From: Chrysomallon squamiferum
Taxonomy: Eukaryota; Animalia; Mollusca
DNA length: 64,000 nt
Direction of reading: 5' to 3'
Assembly: GCA_012295275.1 (NCBI GenBank)
Contig: CM022676.1
Span: forward strand, 3,658,001-3,722,000
A model generated the notes under the pieces. The model was not told the DNA's origin and did not search any database. It saw only the letters and a program-made list of their open reading frames with translations. Of this stretch, positions 15,502 through 30,193 are shown in pieces (within the stretch, counting starts at the first letter, position 1; the number at the start of each line of letters is the position of its first letter). Both the position numbers and the translations under genes were made by a program.

Positions 15502-16494
15502 GAACAAATTGAATAGAGAAAAAGGGAAGTGTGTGTTTTTGTGTATGTGGCTGTGTTGTGTTGTGTGTATGTGTGTGTGTTTGTGTATACATGAGGGACA
15601 GAGAGAGAGACAGACAGACAGAGAGACATTAAGATAGAAAAAAATGCATAGAAGCCAAACTAGCGATAGAGAAAGAAACAAAATACAGATCAGTAAAAAA
15701 ATAAAAAATAAAACAACATCCAACAACATAGAGACTAAGAAAAAAAGATACAAACATCAAGAGAAACAGAAAAAAAAGTTACAGATTCGCAGACACTGAT
15801 ACAGAAGGACACACAGACACAAACCGACAGACAGAACGTCTTGAAGGTCAACGTTAGCAAAGAGAATTAGCTAGAGCAGTCGTAATTTGCACGGACTGCA
15901 TGAAGTGCGGTAAATTTAAGACATTAACTAGGCCGGACGATGCAATGTGGTGGCAACTGGCCAGTTATAACCAGATTGAGCAATGGCTGCAGACAAGTTG
16001 GTTACCGCAAATAGAGTCTGATGTCCACTAGATTGGATTTGGAGGACAGGGGACGTCACACAACTGTGTGATATTATTTCTGAATGTGCTGGTTTGCATA
16101 TAGACAGCAAACGCATAATAGACGGACGTCACATACGCACATACACATACACATACATATGATACGCATAGAAATTATGTGTGTTTTTTTCCGTATCGTT
16201 TTATCTCTTTTTATGTCTCGTTATTCCCCTCTTTTTGTCTGTATGTACGTGTGCGTGTGTGCGTGAGAGCTCCTTCGTTCTACTTTCTATCGTTTACCTT
16301 GACGTAATTCAGAAATGGTATTGTGATGACCTTTCATTGTTTATTTATTCATTCATTCATTCATTCATTCATTCATTCATTCATTTTTTATTTTTATTTA
16401 TTTATTTATTTATTTATTTTATTTACACGAATTTACTTCCATACTACTCTATCAGTATCATTTATCTCAGACTCTGTTACTTCAACATTTTGTC

Positions 16495-16589
<95 letters not shown>

Positions 16590-17975
16590 GTTCGTAATTG
16601 TCCCTCTTCAAACCGTCCACCCGCTAACGACCCTAACTTATTTCAACACCGACTCACACGTAGACAAAGCAATACAAAGCAATATCAACCACACTTAGGA
16701 GACCTTTTAGGTTTCGAAATGTCTCCGTTCTCGAAGAATACGTAATTCGCATTTTCGACCGAGATAGACAGAAGTGGGCACATTCCAATCACGTTCTCGG
16801 TTAACAGAGGAATACGTTGACCGTCTCTGGACGATGGTCAGACTGTCACCTTCTGTCCTTGCTCGGTCATCAAACGTAATACTATTACGTTGACTGAAAT
16901 AAAGAAAAAAGAATTGAGTTACAAAGATTGGGTAGGTACGGTGCATGGTGAACCACTGAAATTAGCGACGTACCGTAGGGCAATAGTCGCGGAGCTAGAA
17001 AGTGACTTGTTATTTCTAGTACTAATAATATTACCACTATTCCACTGCTGATATTGCTGTTACTATTACTGTTATTATTGCTACTGGAATCACTACTGTT
17101 ACTAGTATTGCTATTACAACACAACTACTACAGCTAATACTGCTGCTACTACTATACTACTACCGCCACTACCACTACTACTACTATTACTACTACTACA
17201 TCTGCTACTACTATCTCTACTACCACTATCATTACCATTACTACTACTACTACTACTACTACTATTGTTATTACTACTACTACTACTATTACTACAACAA
17301 CAACTACTACTACTACTACTACTACTACTACTGCCAATGTAACTGATGCTGCTGCAGCTGCTTATTACTACTATTATTAATGGTTGTATTTTTAATTGTT
17401 ATTTTTGTTGCTGTCGATGTTGCTGTTGCTGTCGATGTTGCTGTTGCTGTTATTGTTGTGGTAGAAGCGATGATTACTATGTTATATTTCATCTAAGCAT
17501 CTATTTTTCCTCTTCTTTTTTTTTTGTAACAAACAAAACTACAGCAACAAAACACTACGACGACAGCAACAGCAACAACAGCTGCAACACAAATGATCAC
17601 TTTATTAAACCGTCAAGGGTTTTGTTTTTCATTCGACATTGAATTAAGAAAAAAATCCTTATTATTCTCAACTCAAAAAAAAAAAAAAAAAAAAACCTTA
17701 AAAAAACAACATCGCATTTCCATGACAACGCGGCGCGCATCAAAGAGAAGTCACCGGTGTTTTTTTTTTTTTGCCTTCGCTTTGCTCTTTCAAATACTCG
17801 AAGCGAAGGAATTTTCTGGAAACTTTTCGAATAATGATTATCAAGGATGCTCACGTCGTATCTTCTTCTTCTTCCGCATTGCTTGGTACGTTCGATGCTG
17901 GAAGAAAGCATGTGACACGTAATGAAGCCAGATAAATTCTGTTCACAATGCCGTAGTCGCCGTCGTTGTCATTAT

Positions 17976-18011
<36 letters not shown>

Positions 18012-18095
18012 ATAAATCGAAAAGAAAAAAATATGTGGAAAGAATGCATCACAGTTGAATGATTTTTTTTGTTTTAGATTGGTTCTGTTGTAACA

Positions 18096-18158
<63 letters not shown>

Positions 18159-18492
18159 AACTAATACTACTATCACTACCTCTACTATTACAACAACAAC
18201 TACTACTGCTACTGCTACTATTACTACTATTTCAAATGCCACTAACACTAATACTACTATCACTACCTCTACTATTACAACAACTACTACTGCTACTGCT
18301 ACTACTACTACTACTACTACTAATGTCACTAACACTAATACTACTATCACTACCTCTACTATTACAACAACAACTACTACTACTAGTACTAATGTTGTTG
18401 TTATTATTATTATTATTACTACTAATACTTCTATTACTACATCTACTACTACTACTACTATTACTACTACTACTATCATGTCTACTACTACT
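18096..18492. repeat. (TAC)n tract with three higher-order units
   Basis: CTAATACTACTATCACTACCTCTACTATTACAACAAC recurs three times about 88 bp apart. Confidence 0.85.
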
Positions 18493-18967
18493 ACCAATAG
18501 TATTGTTATTATCACTGCACAAAACATTATTACCACTAATACCATTAACTGTAAAGACAATAAAATCACCGTTATCACTACCATTGAAGCATGTATTAAT
18601 AAATAAATAAATAAATAAAATTAAAGAAGTCACTGAAAAGAAAAACAGAATAAAAGAAGTTGAAAATAAAAAAATTACGCACTTTAAGCGAACCTTTAGC
18701 AGTAATAATAATAATAATAATAATAATTTGAAAAAAAAAGAACAAAACAAATTCTTGAATGTCTCTCTTGACTGATAAAGAGATTTTCATGTCGAAACAA
18801 AAAAAAAAAAAAAAAATCGACAAAAAAAAATAACTCAACAGTTTCTGACCGAGTGTTTTATTCAGAGACAGAATATCGTCTACTAGAGCGCCCTCTATCT
18901 GCCACTTTTCCTCACTTCCAAAACACACACACACACACGCACGTCATTTTCATTCATCGCTGTTTTG

Positions 18968-18998
<31 letters not shown>

Positions 18999-19700
18999 TT
19001 TTTTTTTCAACTCAAAAACCACTTGAAAACCTTCTCTCCCGAGGGTCTTCAGATTAACCAGGAGTCACAATTGTTTAATTTTTTTATTTTTATTTATATA
19101 TATAAAAACCAAGAAACGGCAGCTACAACGATTTTTAGCGTTACTCACCGGAGAATTCGAATTAACCGATTAAGTCGAATTCCCACAATGCCGTCTGATT
19201 CGAGATAAAGGAGGTGATGAAAGGAAAATTGCTTTAAGTGGAAATGTCGAAAACGTATTGTTTTATTTAGCGGTGATGTTAAAAAAATACGTTTTTTTTT
19301 TTTTTTTTTTCTTGTTTTTCTTTTTCTTTTAATATTTTGGTGTTTTTTGTTGTTTTTTGTTTTGTTTTTTCAAACACTTTGTCTTTGTTCTTGAAGTAAG
19401 GTGTGAATCTGAAAAAGAACATGTTTATTTTTTTATTTTATTTATTTTTTAAATTTTTTTTGTACGTGACGTTAATTACATCTTGTTTATCCGATGGCAC
19501 CAAGAGTCTGGGTTCTTGAACGATAAAAGTGCAAGATGAGTTTTTATTTTTTATTTTTTGTTATTTTCTTTACAGTGTAATATGAGATATGTTTTGTTTT
19601 CTACTAGAATCAAGGTGTGAAAATATGGTCAATAATGAAATAAAATAAAATAAAATAAAACAAAATAAAATAAAATAAAAAAAAATAAAATAAATAAATA

Positions 19701-19734
<34 letters not shown>

Positions 19735-20175
19735 AATAAATAAATAAAAATACATAAATAAAATAAAATAAAATAAAATAAATAATAAAAAATAAACATA
19801 AAAAAATAATAAAACAAAAATAAAAAATAAATAAATATATAAAAAGAATAAAAAAAAAAAAACGAAATAAAACGAAATAAAACGAAATGAAATAAAATAA
19901 AATAAAATAATATAAAAATAAAAACAAAAACAAAATATAAAATAAAAAATAAAAATCGAAAATAAAATTGTTGCCTCACCTAGAAATAAAAGTTTAAACA
20001 GTGTTGGGAATTGACTCAAACCGGAAATTTCATTAAGTCAGCAGCAATCGTTAACCTATCCTGTATTTCAGAATTAAAAAATAAATCCACAAATTGTCGT
20101 AAATATATTTTGGAAGGACAGATCAACATGGTTATGGTTTTTTTTTTCTTTTCAGTTTTGTTGTTGTTGTTGTTG

Positions 20176-20237
<62 letters not shown>

Positions 20238-20307
20238 TTCTTTGACACTGAACTATAGATATTTTGAACCCCAGTACAAACCGACAAACAAAGTACAAAC
20301 TGATTTC

Positions 20308-20580
20308 AGTGGCAGTACGACCTAAGAAGACATTTCTTCTGCCCCCCTTTAACCAAGGAATCCCCCCTACACCCTACCCCCTGGCTACGAGGATCCCCTT
20401 AAGGCGTGGATACTTTGGAGAGTCACACTGGGGTCTCACAGGCCCGGGGGTGCCTGCAATCAATCTATACTATAGCCTAGCGTCAGAAGTTTTATCGTTG
20501 GTTATGTATGCAGACGTCCCAATGCTTTGCTTTGCCTGAGGGTGTGTGTGGGCTGCGCACTGCTGTCAAAAAGGCCCTGC
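20308..20580. mobile_element. GC-rich remnant(s) resembling ends of non-autonomous DNA transposons
   Basis: CCCCCTGGCTACG (20377), GGCCCGGGGG and terminal AAGGCCCTGC resemble termini of common animal MITEs. No intact TIR pair or TSD. Confidence 0.25.
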
Positions 20581-21966
20581 GTATATTTAAATTACGATCG
20601 CAACAAGCAGAGGCTTAACTCCACGCCGTCTGGGATTACAAAGTAGCTGTAAGGAAAAACCCGACGTTTTCGCGTTGCAGCGTTAAATAATCCATAGAGC
20701 AGTCGCTGTAAATAACTGACGAAGGTTTCAGTTAGAACAATGCACGAGCAACGAAGCGTCGCTGAAAAGCATGAGAAGCTCTTGAATCTCATTCATTACC
20801 GAACACAAAGAGTAGTGGTGTTGTTGTTTTTTTTCTTTCAAAACAACGCTGTAAAGATAATGACGTAAAACAGAAAAACGTCGGTTGATGAGTGTTTGTT
20901 TATGTATTATTTATAAGATTTTTTTTTTTTTTTTTTTGATGAAACTTCCATTTATATAGGTTACTTGGGAATAATGAAATATTAATTTGTTCATTCATTC
21001 GTTTAGCTGCAACTGTAGCAACAACAATGATGATGACAATGATGATGATAATGATGACGATGATAGTAACGGCATTCCTATTACTACCACTACTGTTTCT
21101 ACTATTGCCACTACTAATAACATTACTAATAGCAGTAATAATGATATGATGATGATGATAACATCATTCCTATTACTAACACTACTTCTACTATTACCAC
21201 TACTACTAATATTACTAAGAACAGTAATAAAGATGGTAATAATGACGATCATAACATGTTCGACTGTTGATAAACTGTGTAGATCTGTCGATAAAAACTT
21301 GACTGATTAACTGTCTGATTGATTGATTGATTGATCCACTCATCCAAGTATTAAATTATTCATTTATTCTTCCTTTCATTCCTTCACTCATTCATTCATT
21401 CATCCGTTCATTGACTTGCGAAGTCTATAACTTCAACATCAAACGATTCAACGTTTCATAATCAAATTTCAAAACAACTCTTTCATCATTATGTTCTTTT
21501 TTCTTTTCTTTTTTCTTTTTTCTACTTAATAGGGATATCTTTTTACCTATTTATTTAGCTATCCGTCTTTCCGTTGTAAGTCTGTCTCATCCGTCGCTCC
21601 GACCGCCCTCCTAGTTAAACACCGTGTTAACGAAACGATGAAATACGTTCCAACAGATGCCGTAAATCTTCCGCCTGTTCACGCGTTCACGTCAGAACGC
21701 GGACGTAAAGGGAAACCGGGATGGGCTCGTTTTGAAAACAGTCGTGACATCGGATTGTGTGTTGAGTATCGCTAATGAAACAACGTAATGAGAATGTCAC
21801 AGGCAACGGTTTAATAAATCTTTTTCCCCATCAGAAGGCGTTCACCCCGATTCTGTCACCACCGTCGGCAACAAAACGACGTCCGTTATCGAGTTCGTGT
21901 ATTATTATGATTAAGTTTGGCATGCGCGGTGACAAAGTAAATGATTTAACCCCATTTCTTTTTTTT

Positions 21967-22005
<39 letters not shown>

Positions 22006-22086
22006 CTAAGGTTTCTTTTTTGTTTTATATGATAGTTCCGTTATGAGCTATATTTACAGTCAGGAAGTTTGTGGATTTCGTAATGT

Positions 22087-22189
<103 letters not shown>

Positions 22190-22191
22190 TT

Positions 22192-22230
<39 letters not shown>

Positions 22231-23030
22231 GTCTATCGATCTATCTAACAGTCCAAATTTCTGTCTCCATTTATATATATATATATATATATGTCACTCT
22301 ATTTGTATATAAATATATGTATCTCTACCTTTATTTCTATCGCTCTATCTATCTATCTGTCTATCTATCTATTCTTGTTTATCTTGCTCAGTAGCACTCT
22401 GTAAATTTCTTTATTTCTCTATCTCTGCAGTTCTTTGTTTTTCTGTGTTTCTCTTTCTATCTCCTCAACGAAAAATAACAACAACAAAAAAGAAAAAAAT
22501 ATATAACAATTTTAAAGACAGGCAGAGAGAAAGATAGAAAGAGACAGGCAGGAATAGAGAGAGAGAAACAGAGATTATGAAACTGAGACAAACACAGAGT
22601 GCGAAAAATAAGAAGACAAAATCAGAAAAAAATCTCTGAAACGAGAACAATTTGTCAATTTCTCATCAAATCCCAAAAAAAAAAAAAAAAAGAGAAATAT
22701 CTTAATACTTAGCTTTGCAATTTCCTGTGAATAGAAGATTTGAACTCTCACTTCAACCAATAAAACCTTTTTATTTATTTTTTTTATTTTTTTTTTTTTT
22801 GTACTAGTATTCGAGTTCATTTTCTGTTATATATTGTAAAACATATTTTTTTTTTTTTTTTTTTTTTGCACGACATTGAAGTTTAATAGAAGGATTTTGT
22901 TTAATGAAACGTTTGGTTCAGTTCTTGGTTTTACTGTTGTTTTAAAATTGTTTTAAAGATAATTGCTGTACTGATGTTCTGAGGTCAAATCGAAAGATGA
23001 AATGAACGAAACTCTGCACAATAATTAACA

Positions 23031-23062
<32 letters not shown>

Positions 23063-23197
23063 GTAGTAATAAGTAGAAGTAGCAGTAGTAGTAGTAGTAG
23101 TGGTAGTAGTAGTAATAGTAGTAGTAGTAGTATAAGTAATAATAATAATAAAACAAAAATGGAAACAAAACGTTTAGGATGTTTGATCGTTTCGCAG

Positions 23198-23246
<49 letters not shown>

Positions 23247-24100
23247 TTCTTCTCTCCTCCCTCCCTCTCTTCATTCTCTCTTTGTATCTGTTCGTATAAA
23301 CAGATATATATATATATAAAATCTTGATCTTAATTTTGACATTCTCTTCACACACCTCCCTCCCTCCCTCATTCCTCTCGGTCTCTCAACGCACGCACAC
23401 ACACACACACAGACAAACGGACCCGATGACTTACTAAGTTTTTCTAATCAGTCCCAACTGCTTCCTCTCCTAGACTCGCGCGCACGCGTGTTTGTACTCT
23501 CTCACAAGCTAAGTTAATTTAACAGACGATTTTTCCTTGATAAATTATACAGATAGGGACCAAGTCCGCTGTACGGGTTTTCTCGAGAAATCTTATTACT
23601 CTGAAATGAAGCTGCTTTTTGCCGGGATTATAATCTAAGGACCGCGTTGAAAAGGCGATCAGATGTCAAGGAAGGTTACGCCATTCCGATATTATATTCA
23701 ATCGCCCGTCTCATGTATGTAGGGCATTAGAGTTCCGTGTAGACGAGTTTTTCAGGCCATTGGCGTTTCGCCGAACGATTAATCAGCGATAACGATTATC
23801 GATCGATGAAAAACGGTTATTACAAAAGAGTTTAGTGTTCGAGCGAACGTGTACACAGTTATAATAGCTGTGATGATGACAGGTTTATTTGATGTGGAAG
23901 GACGCGGGTTCGAGACCCGACGGTTGTTGATGTTTATTTTATTTTTTTTTTATTTGTGTACAAATCAGTTTTGTTCTGTATCTTCTTCATTCTGTTTTTG
24001 TATTTCTTTTTCTGCATATATGTGTATTTGGTTATCTTTGTATCTGGCTCTGTCGTTCTCACCTCTTGCATATCAGTATACGTTTTCAGTCGTGTATGTA

Positions 24101-24185
<85 letters not shown>

Positions 24186-24679
24186 ATCTATCTATCTATC
24201 TCTCTCCACCATTTCATGTTTAACTATTAATTCATACCACTGTTTGAAACAAACATTGTTACACAAAATGTCAGAAAGATTATAAAACTGTTTCATTTGC
24301 CCCTTTTTTGCAAATTGAAGATGTAAAAATCATTATCGGTGTATTATTTTCACATCATGCTAACCGATACACTAGTTATTAATTTTGATTTTTTTTTTTT
24401 GTCATCTCTTCAAAATAACAGGATGTTTTAATATTGATGAATTCATCAATATTAAAACATCCTGTTTGTTTTAAATGAATGAACAATAAAATAGATTTCA
24501 AACTCATAATAGTAGTAGTAGTGGAAAATAATAGTGATAATGTGTTTTTACATGACTTTGAAAACAAAAAAAAAAAAAACTTTTTTATAATTTGTCTATT
24601 TGTCTATCTATCAATTTGCAAACAAACCGTGGATGTCAAAAAGTTAGATAGAGATAGACAGAGAGAGAGAGATAAAGTC

Positions 24680-24850
<171 letters not shown>

Positions 24851-25199
24851 ACAGAGGGAAAAAGTCAGAGAGAGAAAGAGAGTTTGAGACAAAGAGAGAG
24901 ACAGAGAAACAGAGAGAGACACAGAAATAGTTATATTCAATCGTGTGTAACGCAATAACGTGATAGGTGTTTGCGTGAGCCAATCTGATATTAATTATGC
25001 ATACATGCTCATCTGCTACACGTTAATTAGTTTTCATCAGCTGAACTAATTTGATGAACTGAGTTTATAATGAGCACACGGTTATTTAAACGGGCGAAAG
25101 TACTTTTAGCATCACCTCTTTAATTTAATTATTACAAGCATCATGAAAACATGAATGAACCAACGTACATACGTAATTACACAAGTATAAGCACGCAAA

Positions 25200-25415
25200 C
25201 AAACAAACAAACATACATACATAGATAATACATATATATATACATACATACATACATACATAGATAATACATACATACATACATATACACATACATACAT
25301 ACATGCATACATACATACATACATATACACATACATACATACATACATACATACATACATACTACATATATATATACATAGACACATACATACATATATA
25401 CATACATACATGCAC

Positions 25416-25446
<31 letters not shown>

Positions 25447-25452
25447 CACATA
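25200..25452. repeat. (ATAC)n microsatellite
   Basis: Directly visible. Confidence 0.9.
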
Positions 25453-25904
25453 CACCATTTCCATATCACCGTTTGATAACACAAATTATGTCCAAGTCCA
25501 GACATAGATTTTCATGTTCTTAAAGTAACCGAAGTGACTGTAGGAAATCTTACGTATTAGAAAATAAACAACATTCTTTTTTTTTCTTTTTTTTTCTTCT
25601 GTTTTCTCTCCCACAAGAGATGTGCCGATCACTTGACGTTTTGCTATCAACGATCATCTCAAAACGGTTTTAGTGTTGGACGAAAAGGAACGCGAGCCCT
25701 GAAGCTGTCTGACTTACTACTCTCACTAGACCGCAACATGTTTCTTTTAATACACATCACAGTTAGCCTTTTTAACCAGACGACGCCTGAGGGGGTCTGC
25801 ACCTTTATCTTAGTCGCGTGGGATACCAGCACACACAACTGTTATAAAAATACATCACGTCAGAATTACTACGTTAGCTGACAAACGAACGCGACCACCA
25901 GACA

Positions 25905-25960
25905 CTCGCGCGCGCGGAAGCCGGGCGGGAGACGTGGGGAGGTTGGCGGGAAATGTGGGT
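25905..25960. promoter_or_regulatory. CpG-rich motif cluster (E2F, GC box, ETS-like)
   Basis: TCGCGCGCGCGGAAGCCGGGCGGGAG...TTGGCGGGAAA (E2F consensus at 25943-25953). Confidence 0.3.
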
Positions 25961-26595
25961 CAAAAACGAGACTCCGAGACGAACTTTCTCGGTCGTTTTT
26001 TTTTTTTTTTAGTACGGGAGGGTTAGTCACCCACCGTCAAATTCGTCCAGCCCTGAGAGAGAGAGAGAGAGAGAGGTTTTTTTCGACGTCTGCCGAATTT
26101 GAGTGTATCTATTTACAAGAGTGATTCAATTTGTCAATGAGTCGAACTGAATTTCGGTTATTATCGCCATAACTCGATATGCGGACGCAAGAAAGATCTT
26201 CAGGCTAAAGCGTATCATTTGCAGTCAATTGGATCAAATGAGTGTAGATTTGATTTTAGTTTTCGTTTTCCGTGACACCATCTCGCCAATCTGCTTGACG
26301 AGTTAAGCAAGGAAATTAGTCTACTTAGGACAAACGGGTAGTGGAAAATTCGGCGAGACTTCGTTATGAAGAAGTCTGCGGATCTGATTCGATAACTGAA
26401 ATTAGTTTTCCCTCTTTGACGGCGTCTCGAGAGTCAAACGGCCGTTGTCGTTGTTTTTATTGTTCAAAAATACTGTTACACTCGTTATTATTGTCGTTAT
26501 TGTTATTTATTATTTATTTATTATTATTATTATTATTATATTATTATTATTATTATTGTTTATTATTATTATTCTTCTTATTATTCTTATTATTA

Positions 26596-26649
<54 letters not shown>

Positions 26650-27872
26650 TACTACTACTACATTGTTACTGTTGTTGTTATTTTAGTTTTGTAATATTTA
26701 TGGATATTTTGTTTTAAAGACAGAGTACCATATTCGTAAGTCGTAATTTGTTAAGCTTAGAGAAAGATAGACATATGGCGTGTCTGTTGTTTTGCTGTTC
26801 AAATCCAGTTATCTTATTATTAGTATTGTTGTTTTGTTGTTCGTCTTGGAAAATTAATAACATTAATGCATGCCTGCATTCTAAAACTGTATGATATAAA
26901 AAAATAAACAAAGATGTACAAAGACTGTACGCACATTGTGTTAGTGAAATTATCCACGTTCTTCTGATGCTTAAATCCAGTTTCTTTTTAAATTATAATC
27001 TTTTCATTTTTTCATGTATATCGTTTTTTTTCTTTTCTTATATTTCATTTTGAACCTAATTTGTTTTCTACGAATTTCGGATATATATTATTCTATTTTG
27101 CGAATTTCATTTTCCATTTCTTTAGATTTTATTTTTTCAAATGTATATTTTTTTGTTCTTCAACGGCAATAAAGAACGAAGCAAAAGTACAGAAACCTTC
27201 CAAAACGAACGAAAACAAAACAAAAAAAAAAAAAAAAAAATTTACAGGAAGTTTCCAACGCGATCTCATCAGTAATAAACGACATTTTATATCACAGTTT
27301 GTCATGGTATACTAATAACAACATCACCGTCCTTTGACCTTTAATTACGGGCCTCATACAACCTTCATTTATTCGTGTAGACGTAATTATCAGCGGTGCG
27401 CGCAAACTTTGACGGGAAGGCTTGTAAACAGAAGGGGTCTCTCTTGGTGGGGAACGGACAAGAAGTATCGACGTAGCTACATAATCCTTTACATGTCAGA
27501 CACAGGTGTTTGCTATCACGCAGGCATCATTAACTCTGAAGCGAGTTAACAGTCGGAGATTTCACTCTCGTGATGCAGACGACAATGAAAGCCAGGGAAC
27601 ACTGCTGGTGATGCTGAGGTTTTTCCGAGTCCTTAGAGATAGGTGAACCGCCGCGTCTATCCGAAATAATAGAATTTTTTTTTTTTTTTTTTTTTGTTTG
27701 TATGTTGTTGTTGTTTTTGTAGTTTCTGTTGGTGGTGTTTGGTTGTATTGTCTCAGTATTTTTTTTTTCATGTGGTGTTTATTTTGTTTTTCTTTGTTTG
27801 TTTGTTTGTTTGTTGATTGCTTTCTTTAATTGTTTGTTTGTTTGTGTATTTATTTATTTATTTATTTATTTA

Positions 27873-27913
<41 letters not shown>

Positions 27914-29125
27914 TTGTTGAATATGTGTTTTGTTGACTGTTTGTATGAATGTATACGTATGTGTGAGTGTATGTGCGTAAACTGTGTTCGTGCGAACGCG
28001 TGTCCTCGTGCATTTATTGTATGTGCAAATGTATGTAGTATGTGAATGTATATCTGTATATGTACATGTACGCGTATACGTATGTAAATTCGCATCTAAA
28101 TGAGAGATTGTGCATTACGTATGTAAATATTCGGTACATTTATTAAGGAGAATACACAGACAGTCGCTGATACAAAATAAAGCAACGCGTTTATATAACA
28201 ATAACGTCAGATTACTTGTGAAAGGACACTTTGCATGATGAAGAGACCAAACGTGGTGAAGGTTGAGGGTAGAAAAATGGCAGAAAATTTCTTTTTTTCG
28301 AATTCTGATTTCTACTTCATTGCAGCAGCAGTTCTGAGCAGATTTCTCCAGTTGATCGGCTTTACTTATTTTTGCTGCTTGTATTTTTTGAATCATCCAT
28401 TAATATGCAGAACACAAGAGACGGGTTTTTTAGTTATGTTTAGATGTCGAGATGAATATAACTCGATCTGGGTATCACTGTGTATGTATCAATATTTGGA
28501 TTTGCGTGTGCATTGTTGTGTGTTTGAGAGTAGAATATCTATGTTTGTATGAATACATGTATATATGTATGTATGTATGCAAGTATGTAAATGTATACAC
28601 ACACCTACCTCGTATTATTACGCACACGAGCAACCCCACCCCCGTGTTTCCACGTGCACGCGCTGCACGTAATATCCACCGTACGTACGTGAAACACGTG
28701 TATTTTATGGACGGCCCCTAAATGAACGTAAAAACAGAAGACCAATCTGAAACACGGGATATCTGCATGAAAAATGATTGAATTGACCTTCTGGGGACCA
28801 TTGTAACGATAGTCTCATTCTGGAGAACGCCGAAACTACGAGCTGACGTAGGAAACGGTCTCAGATGATAGATTGAGAATTGTGGGAATCGAAAAGCAAT
28901 ATCCATATTTCGTCTGCGCAAGAAGATAATGGTTGCAGCTTGCCTTCTCCTGCAGCGACGTTACGAACGTTTTTATTTACAGTTTTAATTTATTTAGTTG
29001 TGACGTAATTACGCACGTGCCCGGCGGGAGTTTTTCTAGATCTGAAAACATGTAGTCAAGTTTTTTCAGTCCGCCGCGTAAGACTATTGCGTGAAAATTT
29101 CATTCCTAAAAACGCAATTTTTATA

Positions 29126-29650
29126 TTTGTTTTAAGCGACAGTGGGAACTATAGGGTATTACCATGCATTAGTCATTTCGTTTTAAAATAATACGGTAGA
29201 TAACTCGATTTATATAAAAGTTAGATTTAAGTTTCAGCGAAAGATGATGTAATTATTATGTGTTTTAAGCGGTTATGGAATATTTCAAAAGCAGGGCTCA
29301 GTTATTACTGTCATAAAAGATATAACAAATAATTTAACATTCCAGCAACTTCGATTTATATAGATATATAATCCTTCAAACAAAAAAAAAGTGACGTAAT
29401 TATTATCTATGTTCTAAGCGGCTGCGGGAATTATGGGATATTTCAAATGATTTAATTTTCCACCAACTTCGATTTTTATATTTGTCCCAGTAAAAATGTT
29501 ATTATTGTATACGTTCTAAGCGGCAAAGGGAATTGTGGGATATATCAAATAATGTCCATATTTCTTCCAATTTAAGTAATCTCATTAACCACCAGCTTCG
29601 ATTCAAATATTCAGCTAACATTTGAAATTGTGACGTAATTATTATGGATG
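29126..29650. repeat. Old degenerate tandem repeat, ~100-150-bp units, 4-5 copies
   Basis: Recurrent blocks TGA(C/T)GTAATTATTAT, TT(C/T)TAAGCG (29133, 29266, 29415, 29517), GGGAATT.TGGGATAT and CTTCGATT in the same order. Confidence 0.75.
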
Positions 29651-29773
29651 TCTTGTGCAGCGAGCGCCATCTCGTTTTCACGTGGGTCTCACATAACAGT
29701 TTGATTTTTTTAAAATCTAGTGCTTGGAAATAATTTCAAATGAAATGATCTTTTTGCGTAATACTTTTTTCTT

Positions 29774-29809
<36 letters not shown>

Positions 29810-30129
29810 TTTATTTTATTTTATTTTATTTATTTATTCGTTTTATTTTATTTATTTATTTTAAATTTTATTATTATTATTATTATCATCATCATCATCA
29901 TCATCATCATCTTCAGTATATATGACTGAGGCATGATCTGATTTAATACTGGAAAGCAACAGTTGATGGCGCACGACGACAACAACGACGATGACGTTGA
30001 TGATTACGATGTAATTACTGTTTTATAGATTAATCTTTTTAATGACAGAAAATATAATTTTTTTATTTTCAGGTAACAATGGTGAAGTGGAATTATAGCT
30101 AAACTAAGATTTCGTAAGTTTATATAATT

Positions 30130-30193
<64 letters not shown>

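Noticed and set aside
23900-23920. tRNA/SINE B-box GGTTCGAGACCC (also 53508-53530 on the minus strand)
   Set aside because: No convincing A-box or cloverleaf; at most SINE remnants
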